A stretch of 64,000 nucleotides of DNA from positions 8,928,001 to 8,992,000 of the forward strand of contig JANJGN010000035.1 of assembly GCA_026770705.1 (NCBI GenBank). The letters run 5' to 3'. Of the stretch, positions 40,224 through 51,249 are shown piece by piece. The position numbers were made by a program, and so were the translations under genes. The stretch is from Isurus oxyrinchus. Its lineage: Eukaryota. Under the pieces are notes generated by a model. That model was not told the origin of the DNA and did no database searches. It was given only the letters and a program-made list of their open reading frames with translations. Numbering within the stretch: the stretch's first letter is position 1; each line of letters begins with the position of its first letter.

Positions 40224-40658
40224 ACACGCATTCAATGCTTATATTTCCAATTCTAAATATTGTCCAAATTGCTCTCTATCTCCTGTCTAGATTACTATAA
40301 ACAGCCTCTCAAAGCAGATTTTTCATTTAATCTAGTGAAATGGGTTTTCATGTGCCTTTTATTTCCAAATTATATCTTTAACTCTACTGTATTATGCACA
40401 TCATTGCCAATGGTAAAGTTCGGTTTGTGTGTGTGTTTGGGTGCGGAAGTGGGAGTGGGGTGGGGAGATGAGGGGCGGGGTTGTAGGTGGCGCCAGAAGG
40501 CGGTGTAAGTTGAGTGGACAGACGCTATTCTGGATTCTCCCGGTTTCGGATGGATTCAGGACCTGCCTCATTGCCGTACCCGTCGTGGACTTAATTGTTT
40601 TGTGGTTAACACCTGCCTTCAGCTTAAAACGAAAAATCAATAGCTCGATTGAATAATG
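40224..40658 (+). pseudogene. Degenerate CARD-like unit: half A 40224-40412, half B 40487-40658, 74-bp intron
   Basis: Both exons have AG/GT boundaries. Half A reads DTHSMLIFPILNIVQIALYLLSR/YYKQPLKADFSFNLVKWVFMCLLFPNYIFNS. Half B reads GVS*VDRRYSGFSRFRMDS/...LIVLW. Confidence 0.65.
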
Positions 40659-40874
40659 GTAATTGCCTTTTGGATAAAGGAACACGTATAAAATACTCGG
40701 TCCTATGAAGCTATAATTTTACTGTGGAACATTTGTGTTCATTTATAAAATCTTCACAGTGTTCTAATGGGCCTGATTCGTTAACACTATTTTTAAACCT
40801 CCACATTTGATGGGTAAACTGCTGAATATTTACACATTTTTTGATTGTTTATTTCACTTTTCAATGATTCGCAG

Positions 40875-41877
40875 AATGCTGCTGTAATGTGATACGCTGT
40901 TCTTCGGATACAGTTTGGGCACTACAATGGTATCATTGAGTTAAGATAGATGTCAGGTCCACGTGATTCTCTTCATTTTAGAAGAAGATACCCTGGGCAA
41001 AGTCCGTTTATACCCCACGTCATTCCACAGGCAGCAGTCAATAATTTATAGTGCGGGGTAATCCTCGATCTCTGTCATAACCTGCATCCTTGAAACCCTC
41101 AGAGATCTCGAAGTTCCTCACATTCTGTCGCCTTTCCGATTTCCAAATTTTTGTGCCCCAACAATGACAAATTATTTTTTTTATCTCTGATGAATTATCA
41201 CAGTTCTGAAGAAGTAATGTGCTTCCCGCCTCCTCAGATGCTTCCCAATCTGCTGGGTGCTGTCATTATGTTTATGATAGATAGAAGGCCGTTCTCTGGA
41301 ATGCCTATGCACGCAACTTTAGAATTTAATCGGCAAACATCTCCAAATTTCCATTGCTATACATGCATTTTTGTCATTGGACCAAAAGTGTGGTTACCTA
41401 TTAAAATTACTTTGTGCATCTTGGTGATAAATTGTGCTAGATAATTTCTCTTAAGAAGCATATGTCGGAGTTTTCATGTTTTTAAAGCGAGGTAATAGTG
41501 CAGTGTTTTTTTTTTTGCATTCGACTTATATTCGATTTCTCTTCTTCGAAGCCATTATTTTCTGCAGTAGCATCCGACATGTAGTTTTTTAAACATCACT
41601 ATACGAAAGAAAGGGATAAATAGATCAATGGTTCTTTTTCAATTTGTGCATTGCATGATTTACTACCGTTGCAGTATGTGTTAATGCAATCAGAATCCTA
41701 GCTGAAAGTCTGCCCAGATGGACGTTGCACGAATGATTATCGATACACTTCGAGTCAAGGGAGCTCACAGTGAAAGAACATTGTGGGCGCTACTTGAAAA
41801 GCTGCAGGAAAGCAAGTGTAAAGGGACATGACCAGAGATGAATAGGTCAGGCGCATGGACAGGAAGTTACCTGAAAG
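40875..41877 (+). pseudogene. Degenerate CARD-like unit: half A 40875-41057, half B 41675-41877
   Basis: Canonical splice sites. Half A reads NVIRCSSDTVWALQ/MVSL...ILEEDTLGKVRL. Half B reads KSAQMDVARMIIDTLRVKGAHSERTLWALLEKLQES, a typical CARD D-x-A-R-x-(L/I)-I-D-x-x-x-x-K-G motif, and ends in phase 1 at G|gtaggc. Confidence 0.75.
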
Positions 41878-41954
41878 GTAGGCGGCATCCAAAACAAACT
41901 TGACAGAGGCAATTTTCCACATTAAAACAAGAACCTTATTTAGGAGGACATTAG

Positions 41955-42063
41955 TGTTATTGTTGCTATTATTATTATTACTGCCATTAGCAGTAATAGT
42001 AGTAGTATTACTATTGTTATTATTTTTATTATTATTATTATTGTCATCATCATCATCATCACT
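41955..42063. repeat. Compound (TAT)n/(TAG)n/(CAT)n microsatellite
   Basis: Directly visible in the sequence. Confidence 0.9.
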
Positions 42064-42109
42064 ATTCTAATATGTCTATGAGTCTAAGAGAATCAAGCAC
42101 CATTTTCTT

Positions 42110-42415
42110 CCCAATCCAAAAATTACCTTGAAGTTAATGCCCACCAGGTCTCTTGCTCCACGGCTGGCGATTTGTATCCTGCAGTTACCTGGGGTTAATA
42201 TCTCGGTTTCTCTCCCTCTTATCCGCCTCTCTATCTCGCTTTCCACTTTTAAGATGCCTCGTAAAGCCTACTTCTTTGGTGAATCTATTGATCACCTGGT
42301 CTAATGCCTCCATCTGCGACTAGATCTCGTATATCTTATTAATGCTGCTGTCAAGCTCTTTTGGAATATTTCATTACATTAGACGCACTTTAGAACTATC
42401 ACTTGTTGTTAATAA
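42110..42415 (+). mobile_element. L2-like LINE 3' end
   Basis: ccgcctctctatctcgctttccacttttaagatgcctcgtaaagcc...ttacattagacgcacttta...ttgttgtt tail. Confidence 0.55.
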
Positions 42416-42476
42416 TGGTGTAGTTAATACCTATAGTTTATTTATAGAGGGTGTTCCGTTGTAAATTCTAATTCAG

Positions 42477-42940
42477 TGGGTTGCAATATATCTGCTACAT
42501 AATTTGCGGGCAAATCAATTCTAATGACATTATTGGAACTAAATAGCCAGCAGGGGCACAGCAGGCAATCGAAAGTATTGACGCTGCAATAGTGTTGGTG
42601 CGCATTGCAAATTCATCACATACGCTATTCTATAGCTGAAGCATTAATAATATCCCAATAAGTGGTAATAATAATTCAAATTCAGTAATGACAGGTTAAG
42701 TATGTTTCGTAACAGGCTGTTTGCATTGAATGATTTAGCTGTCACGCCTTAGCAAAGTTTTAGAACGAGATTGCATCTGAAGCAGACAAAGTTATTCTGT
42801 GAATCTCCCCCTGGTTAAACCGTCAGTATATTGACAACCGGGCGTTTTCAATAATCATAGTGCAATGCTGTAATAGCCCTTGTTGCCGCTTCTCTTACCC
42901 ATGACGTTTGTCCTCATGCCTCATAAAACATTTATGGTGC
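42477..42940 (+). pseudogene. Degenerate CARD-like unit: half A 42477-42664, half B 42764-~42940, 99-bp intron
   Basis: The half-A exon is 188 nt, consistent with phase 1 to 0, and reads IYLLHNLRANQF/AQQAIESIDAAIVL. Half B reads NEIASEADK.../THDVCPH. Confidence 0.55.
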
Positions 42941-43087
42941 TGACTTGCATAATTTACACTTCTTTTTTAAATGATCCATGGCAATGCAAAGCGCTATTTT
43001 TGATGCCAGATGTATTTTAATTAAAAATGTTAATCCTTAGGCCTTTGCACTTGCGCTTTTTAGTGCAAAGTGCAAATAACAATTAAG

Positions 43088-43370
43088 AGTCATAGAATAA
43101 CAGTACAAAAAAGGCTCTTTGGTCCATCGAGTCTGCAGAGACATGTGCGCAACACCTGCCCTACCTACTTAATCTTTTTTTTTGCAATTGGTCCATATCC
43201 TTGAATATTATGACGTGCCAAGTGCTCATCCAGGTGCTTCTGTAAAGTATTTGAGGCAATCCGCTTCCAGAACCCTCCCTGGCAAAGCATTCAAGACCCT
43301 CAGCACACTCTGTGTAAAAGCATTTTTCCTCACATAGCCCCTAAACGTCCTGTTCTGCACCTTGAGCTTT
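43088..43370 (-). mobile_element. CR1 3' end
   Basis: catagaa...ggctctttggtccatcgagtctgc is the reverse complement of the CR1 tail. Confidence 0.85.
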
Positions 43371-43551
43371 CAAAGAAAACAATTTATTTACATTATTTAT
43401 AGTCTCTTTGGAAAAACCAGCAGAAGACATTAATATCCCTAACTCTCTAATATCATCTAGTAAATGCATTGATTACAAATATGTTGGATTACTTTATTGA
43501 CGCTTTTATGAATGCTGCACTCGACTTTGAACTACCCATTTTAAACTTCAG

Positions 43552-43930
43552 GTTGCCATCAGCTTTACTTGAATCCAAAATACACACGCTTCTTACCCAA
43601 AACAATAATCACGCAATTCGTCTTAAAGATATACAAGCATCGCCAGTTCATTTCTACATTCTGCGACCTATCCAGATTGCTGCATTCCCGTTCCTTCCAC
43701 CACTTCCTGTTCCCTGGAAAACAGCAGTTCTTTTTCTCCAGGCTCCAAAGAAAACGCCCAGCCACCAGCCCTGTAGTGTTTCTATTGCCACAAATGTCTC
43801 TTTTTCTTCCTTATTTAAATTACACTCGGTATTTTCCAAAGCTTGTCCGGGTCTTAACAACTCGATGAAAATGAGGCCGCATTATTTGATCTTCCCTACA
43901 TGGAGAGGCGCCACTAGTCATTTCATCGCT
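43552..43930 (+). pseudogene. Degenerate CARD-like unit
   Basis: Acceptor ends at 43551. Reads ESKIHTLLTQNNNHAIRL/KIYKHRQFISTFCDLSRL, then SSLFKLHSVFSKACPGLNNSMKMR. This accounts for ORFs 43469..43939 and 43569..43868. Confidence 0.6.
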
Positions 43931-44015
43931 ATAAAATAAATTCAAACATCAATGCTCAGGCTCCTCCCAATTATATTAATTGTACTTTAATTTGTCCCCT
44001 GTTTAACTTTTGCAG

Positions 44016-44370
44016 CACATACAAATACTAAAATCTTACAAATGCTGGCGGTGTTCAGGGATGTTCAGTTGCATAGAATTACTACTGTGTTCCGTGATGC
44101 ATAAGAACAGTCAATTCAAGAAATCGTTGAAGCATTTAGTGAGTCGCTCGCACGGGCAAAAGTGTTGACTGAAGCAGATCATAAGTTAGGTTACATTTTG
44201 CTGGACCTACTTTAGGTGTTAAGTGATTCATACGGATGGCTGCATAGACTGAATATTTTCGATGCAATTTAGAGACAGAAACTCTACCAAAGCCTTATAG
44301 ATTTTTTGATCTGTAATTGCTGCCTTGTGCCATAACAGCCATTATTTAAATTGCATTTATGAGACCTTCT
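44016..44370 (+). pseudogene. CARD-like exon, best-preserved whole unit
   Basis: Acceptor aacttttgcag (44015). Phase-1 reading is HTNTKILQMLAVFRDVQLHRITTVFRDA*EQSIQEIVEAFSESLARAKVLTEADHK...NIFDAI*R/NSTKAL*IF*SVIAALCHNSHYLNCIYE. Confidence 0.78.
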
Positions 44371-46220
44371 TGTGAAAAAGTTTTTATTTCCTGCAATTGT
44401 CAATAAATGAATTGAAAGTACATGAACAGTGCGCTTCATGTTATAACATAAACTCTATTTGTCAGGTTCCAAAGCTCTACTAAATGGCATGTATGACTCC
44501 CAGTATTGACCTACATTTTCGATTATCGGGAACACCCCAGGATGTCATGGAATGAAATGTTGTGAAAGTCAAAATTGCAAATTTTGCAACATCCACCAAC
44601 AGCACAGCAGCATTTACGTGCCTGTGAATAGATTAAAAAAAGAGTGAAAGATGCCGACTTCTTATATGAAGCGAATAAATTCACTGCAGGAAACAAAGTA
44701 TACTGTCTAAATCAATGCACAATCAACTCCTCGAATTTCCAGCCCTTCTCGTACAAACAATTAAACGTTTCTGTTAAGAAGCAAATTGATAGAAATCTAC
44801 CAGTTGAAACAATTTATAAAAAATGTCCCCTTAAATATGTAACACTACACTTTCATGACGACGTCGATTCTCTGTCAGACTCTTTTGTGTCACTGACCAA
44901 TACAACATTCACTGAAATTCGCTTGATCATTTCCAATTTGTGCCATTCAACTTTCCTGTAGTGCCTTGCGATCTTTCCAAATTATTAATCTTATTATTGG
45001 CGACAATGAATTATTTTCGTAGAATCCTTTTCCTCCAATCACACGCTTCTCCAATTTTTAAAAGAGCTCATAAGATATACTATACTCCTCACGACTATTA
45101 ATTGATCAGTTATGGCAAGCGTTTAACTTGAAAATATTCTGTGTACCCCAAATAAGTAACCATTGTCCAAGACTGCACTGATTTAGTGATATGATATTGC
45201 TGTTCTGTGTAATTAAAAGGTCATATTTTGAATACCTTTTCCGAGCTCTCTTAGTAAAATAAATTAATCTGGAATTGTTAATAAATGAATTAAAGGGAAA
45301 AGAACAGAGTAACATATTCTCGAGCACAAATATGATAGATTTATGTGTGTACTACTGTTCTAAGAATGCTGCTTATAGGTTATCGTTTGGAATTGCTAAG
45401 TAAACATTGTACACTAAAGGGAATCCTTCGTATTTTTAAAGTGAACCAACACATGCTAAAATTAAAAAAAATAGTTTTTAAAATACAGTTTCACCAAGTC
45501 AATGCTCCAAAGGAGAAACGCGACACACGAGTGTGAACTGAGTAAAACTTGCAAGGGAGAGACGTTCAGCGGCAATACAATCGCCTGAATCGAGCCACAT
45601 TAATCTCTTGAGGGCAGCTGTATAATTACATGCAATTTATCATAGCCATACCTCTTGCATTTAAGTCAATTTCATCCCTCTTAATTTGGAAATGGTTCAC
45701 GTGACTCCAGATTATGGATGATATAGAACTTTTATGGCATCCATAAGTAGAAGAGTTAACAAATATTTCATGATTACGAGGGATGACCCAAGGTATTTGA
45801 ATGAATAATTTTAAAAGGCAACATTGAAATCGTATGAATCATGAGCCAACAACATCACAAGTGGGATTCCACGACGTTGTTCAAACAAGCAACACGGACA
45901 AACATCCCTACGTGGAAAAGAAACTGTCCAAAAGAAAGTTAAGTGTCAAAATTAATACGTGTTTGAAGAACAGAACTGCATCTATTCTCTCTCAGAAAGC
46001 CCTGTTTTTTACAATAAACCACAGACTGAAGTAGGCACTGCCAGCTGCACAAATTAATAAAGACGTCTTCCAAACTCACATCTTTCATCTTAATGAAAAT
46101 GTCTTCCATACTATATAATAGTCAACTAGTTTAATTTGACGGCCTGAACAAAGACTTGTTAAGATTTTTTTTCAAAGCATCACTCATAATTATAGCATTA
46201 CTTTGTCGATTTACCTTCCA

Positions 46221-46617
46221 GCAATTGCATAAAAGCAGCCACAAACCACACCCAACCCCATTTTGTCAGCAATTTATTCCGTGAGATCTCATTTCTGATA
46301 ATTTGCAATTATCCTCACTGAGAAATGTCACTATTTGCTATGACAGTGATTTCATCCAGCCTTGGTTCAGCCAAAGTAATTTGTGCCTCTCACATTCTGG
46401 ACTTATGTGACATTCTTGCCACCAGCATTAGTTGCCTTGTGTTCAAACACCAAATCAGCGCAATCAGGCAGAAAATGTAGCACATATTCAGAAGGTATTT
46501 CGGAATGTGGGGAAGATAAATTGGTTCTGGTTTGAAGTCTTCCATCAGAACAAAAAAGCTTTAGAAATTAAATATTATCAACCATGTGAAGAGTTAGACA
46601 ATAGCGTCAGAGCAGGG
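46221..46617 (+). pseudogene. Degenerate CARD-like exon, whole unit
   Basis: Acceptor ccttccag and donor gtatga (46618). Reads ISDNLQLSSLRNVTICYDSDFIQ...NQRNQAENVAHIQKVFRNVGKINWFWFE. Confidence 0.5.
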
Positions 46618-46928
46618 GTATGACATATGATTCCACCCCTGGTCGATCATCCAGTCGAAGACAGGTGAAGTAAAATAGCCAAATTTATCACCATTAAATT
46701 TAAAACACGATGGTAATGGGAAAAAAAGGAAAAAAAAATAAGCAGTCTTTTGGAGCTAAGAAAATAGCAATGGGCAGAGCACTTCGGTAGAAGTTGTTAT
46801 TAGGGTCTCTATCAGAGTTTTTACAGCAGTGGAAAGGTAGCTCGGAGATTTCGAATGTGTTTAGTAAGAGCTAAACAATAAATTAGTAGTAAATTGGTGT
46901 TTTTGTCAGAGTCGTTGATTTTTCACAG

Positions 46929-47380
46929 ATGTTCAGTTGGGAATTGCTGTAAAAAGAGCCATGCTGTTCAAAACGGCTTGCACACGTCGGGACAAACAGG
47001 AGAGTGAAAAATGTCAAAGGTCAAAAAAGCTTCAGGTTCCTTTGAAAGGGGGGTTGCTGATTGGTTCGCAAGTGAACTCTGTTTCGTTTGTTGAACCATT
47101 GCCATTGAGAAAGTGCAAGGTAACTATTTCCACCCTATCCAGAACCCCAACCCTCACAGTTACATTTTATTTGAAAAATATGGCGCGATGCCTGGATGTA
47201 TTCATTTTGCCTACAGGTGACAGTCGATTGTTCATAAATGTACATCATGCAAGCAACAGTAAGGGAAATACAAAGCAGGCCTGTCAGTGTAATTCTTGTC
47301 ACTCTCTGGATTCTTCAGCAACTGCAGTAAAATCGTGGAACTCCTTCTACTGTTAGATATTATGTTTTGAGTTTTGTATT
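46929..47380 (+). pseudogene. Degenerate CARD-like unit: half A 46929-47119, half B 47217-~47380, 97-bp intron
   Basis: Strong sites tttcacag|, AAG|gtaact and gcctacag|. The half-A exon is 191 nt and open in phase 1 to 0. Half B reads DSRLFINV...SKGNTKQACQ/VILVTLWILQQLQ. Confidence 0.65.
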
Positions 47381-47749
47381 AACAAGCATGTAGGCTGGTC
47401 CAACGCTCTGCTTCTTAGCAAGAAGGCAGGGACGTGCTGTTTTGCCACATCCGGCAGTCTTTTGGACATATGGCCTGCGGACCTGTCATCACAGTGACAC
47501 TGCAATTTAAATTGCACATTCCCACGTTGGTGAGGTACGCAGAACATCTACTTTTTGGCTTCGTGCATGGATTCCTTCAGTGCCAAATCACAACCATGTT
47601 ATTATTCTCCGGTAGCTTTAAGTTACTTTGCAAAATGTATGGTAATTTCGAAAATATGAATCGTAAATCAAAAAATACCAATTCTATGCATCTAAGAATA
47701 TTGTGAATTTGTATTGAAACAAATAATGGCAGACAATTAATGTCTAGAA

Positions 47750-48550
47750 TTTAGAGGATACGTGTACAATTTACAACAAACAAAATATACATAAACTTAA
47801 AGCACAGAAGGTCCACAGGCGAATTAAAAATAACAGCATTGTTATAAGGACGTAAATGTGATAGAATAAGGACAAGTTGTTGAAGGCAAATTAGAGCCAC
47901 ACACTAGTACATTTTGAAATAATGATGGGTAATGAAGCAATAGCAGAGGCAATAAACAAAGACGGCGTATCTGCCTTCATGAAATTTGACACAAAATAAA
48001 AATCAGGAAAGAATAAGAAACCATGGATTGACTGACGACAAACATGAAATAAGTCGGTAAAATTTCAGTAATATTGCTGAACCAATGAAAGTGATTTAGC
48101 ACTGATAACTACCTTGAAAGTGATGTCATGCATTCTTGATATTTCAAGTAGGTTGATGCCGATATGGTTGGTGCATATCGTTTTGATATTCCAAACTTTC
48201 CAATATTCCAGAATGTTTCCCAAGGATTGAAAGGTGAGAAACATGACATTGCTAATTAAGAAGGAGAGAAAGCGAGATTCTAGATGATAGTCTAGGAGCG
48301 TTAATGATTAGTGACAAAATGTTACAATCTATCAATGGAAATTAGTTATGAAAACAACACAGACAATCATTATATTTTATTCATTGTCAACAATAACATT
48401 ACCAAGAAATTTGCGTTTGACAAATGTAGGTTTGATGAAGTAACCATTGAATGGCGAATTGGGAACAAAAAGATGTAGCACATTTCGATATTTTTTTTTC
48501 GAAAGGTGCAGATGATGTTGTTCCAAGTAAGAGACCATTGAAAAACAATT
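47750..48550 (+). mobile_element. Old CR1 ORF2 fragment
   Basis: Decayed pre-RT and RT motifs (FQTFQYSRMFPKD*KV; DVAHFDI). Confidence 0.55.
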
Positions 48551-48559
48551 GGGATCCCG

Positions 48560-48727
48560 CACAACCCACCCCCCATCCCCACCTAAATCCAACTTATATA
48601 TCACCCCTTCCTTGGATTCACCTAGTTCTATCGAAGGTTCAGGAGGACTCGAAAGTCAACTCTTTTCTTCTCCGCCGATGCTGCCAGACCTGCTCAGTTT
48701 TTCCAGGTAATTCTGTTTTTTTGTTTT
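48560..48727 (+). mobile_element. Penelope 3' pseudo-LTR fragment
   Basis: Matches 32640-32800 and 61450-61610. Confidence 0.85.
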
Positions 48728-49199
48728 CTATCTACATTGTTTGCTCTGTCATCGGAAGAAAACACATTCCCCGACACGAATTTCATTTTGAACACATTTG
48801 TTTTCCTTGTACTCATTGTAAGATTTCAGAATGCTTCGTGAAATGTTCCCTCTTTTAAAAATTATAGGTCTGTAGTTTCGGCTGCATTTTTGTGTACGTT
48901 GGTATTATATTTGTTAATGTTCAAATGCTGGTATCGTTCTAGGGAAAATTTGACTTGATATCAATTTCATGCAATGGCGTAACACTACTGTCTCTCGCAG
49001 ACGGCAGGTTCCTTACCAGACGTTGGTGGCATTCCGGCATCCGGGTGGCATAGGGGAGGACCCGATGATACGTTATTTGCTGCAAAATAGCAACAAAGGC
49101 TTTGCATAATATCATCCCTTCCAATGCGCTAAAGAATACGCTCCCAAACCAGCATTAATTTCTCCAAAAAGTATTGCCACTGATGATGACTTTGGTTGG

Positions 49200-50050
49200 T
49201 GTTCTCAATGCGATCATGCCAGCTTCGCCTAATGTGGGTGCTGTGGAGGCTTAAAAATCACGGGCCCGCAGCACTAATCAATTTCATTAAGGGGGAATTA
49301 ATGCACCAATGGCTAGGTGAGTTTTACGCTTTACATAAAGTATTATGGGCCGTGAGGATGCCGTGCGCTGATTATGGTGTCATTGAGCCAATGTCAACAA
49401 GACGGGAAGCATCGCCCATTATTAAGTATCAATTTAAAAGACAAATCAGCTAATTAGTTGCAGACCTCAGTGCAATAATATGTTCAGAGGGCAGTTCTAC
49501 GTCTTCAAGGCAAGATCTTCGACGGGAAGGGGGAATTTTTGCATGGCCAGGTTATTTGGACGGGGTATAAAACTCCGTCTAGCACTAGATGATCAGCTTT
49601 GCAAGGGAGACATTATCGAGTGAGGAGACTGCTCATTTTGGTGGACAGAGGATTTTTTTTAGCTTTTCTCATGAGGAGAACTTGCCTCCAATTCAGAGGG
49701 GTCTTTTGATGTAGCATTTTTATGTCCGTAATGCAGGGGTGAAAGCATAATAGTGTCCAGGATGGATGGGGATTATGTTTCAGATGCAGAGTCCACCTCC
49801 TGTAAGGGGAAGAGAAGGATTAAGAGGAGGCAGCGAAGATGGATGAGAGGACGAAGGAAATAGAGGGAGGCTCATGAAGCTGTAGTTCCTCAGCATATGG
49901 ACAGAGGAGTTCTAGAATCTGAGAGCGAGGAACAACCTAAGAATCATCAGCAGAGTCTTATGTCACCCCAATGTTTTATAGACGGATATCTAGCTACCCA
50001 AAACAGACCTCATCAGATAATTGAGCCTTTTCCTCGCACTGGGATCAAGC
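49200..50050 (+). mobile_element. Possible PIF/Harbinger-like DNA-transposon relic
   Basis: A ttaaaaatcacgggccc-type terminal region, a purine-rich tract, then a CFYRRISSY-like segment. Weak evidence. Confidence 0.3.
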
Positions 50051-50482
50051 CCTCCTTCCTATCTTAATACAACTTACCATCTACTCTTCTGTACCTGCTG
50101 AATTACAAGTAAACACTGGACATAGATTTTAAGTAATTAATCCTGGAATACTGAGATGAGGAAACATTTTTTCAGCAACGTGGTAGGACTGTGGAACTCA
50201 GTATGTGACTGGGCTGTGAGGCAGAAAGCCACGTCACATTAGTTACCGTCTTTGACATATAATTCAAGAGCTTTGTTCTTCTGGACACGGTTCTTTTACG
50301 GGAAACTGGAATTAGCCTCGCCAACAATTTATGATTAGCACCATTTAGGAAGGCCGTAAGGCTTCCTGTGCTACAGATGTCAGATGGCTATATGCCTCCT
50401 GATCAGTCAGGCATGAAATCTATGGGTTTTCAAATTCCCATTGAATGTGATATTTGACATATTGGTTTTGAGGTTTTGACAG

Positions 50483-51190
50483 CGAAGAAACGGCACAGTC
50501 AAACCTATTAAACATCACTATATATTTGCCCAAAATTTGATCTAGAAAGATACTTTTCACCAGAAATTCAGCAGATGGCAGTTACGTATAATGCCATCTG
50601 CACCACATAAAAGATAAGCCAAGACCTGCATATGCAACTCCAATGGGATTAATTTGATTTTTTATCAGAAGTTCAAGCATATTCTGTGGGATTTATATTC
50701 CGCTTGAATTGCTATGTGAACTGATGGTGATAAAATATTAAGATCATAATTCGGGAGTGTGCAGTGGCGGGCGGGGGGGTGGGGGGGAGGTGTGGGGGTG
50801 GATACATGATAATCTCCGTACTTGCGTCCTATAGGGTTGAATATAGTTGTCGGGTGACATGGCTGTAGACCATTTCGCAAGAGTAGAAAAAAAATGCATA
50901 GGGGCGGGGTGGGTGGGGATGGGGATGGGCGATAATTTGCAATATTTCATGTGGGACAATCAAATAGGTAGAACACCTAAACTGTGTATGAGGAGATGTG
51001 AAGCACGTTCAAACGTTGGACTTCGAAGGCAAGAATCTCTCGATCCTTGACAGGCCACACATCCATTAGCATAGGGTGAAGAACATTATGTACATAAAGG
51101 CATCGCTCAAATTTTGGCAGATGAAGCATGGGTTTCAATGAGTTCGACACTAATCTGGAACCGTTACCCTACTTTTTGTATTTGCAGCAT
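50483..51190 (+). pseudogene. Degenerate CARD-like unit: half A 50483-~50715, half B 50968-~51190
   Basis: Half A reads QKFSRWQLRIMPSAPHKR*AKTCICNSNGINLIFYQKFKHILWDLY. Half B reads KHVQTLDFEGK...SLKFWQMKHGFQ. Confidence 0.65.
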
Positions 51191-51249
51191 TTATCTCGGA
51201 TTGTTTTCGTACACTGGTGAATTGTGCATTGGGTGTTGTGGAGTAGACT

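Larger units (their letters stand above)
47430..49194 (+). pseudogene. Degenerate CARD-like unit: half A ~47430-47641, half B 49001-49194, with TEs in the intron
   Basis: Half A reads IRQSFGHMACGPVITVTLQFKLHIPTLVRY. Half B follows ctctcgcag and reads TAGSLPDVGG.../KIATKALHNII..ALKNTLPNQH*FLQKV. Confidence 0.55.
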
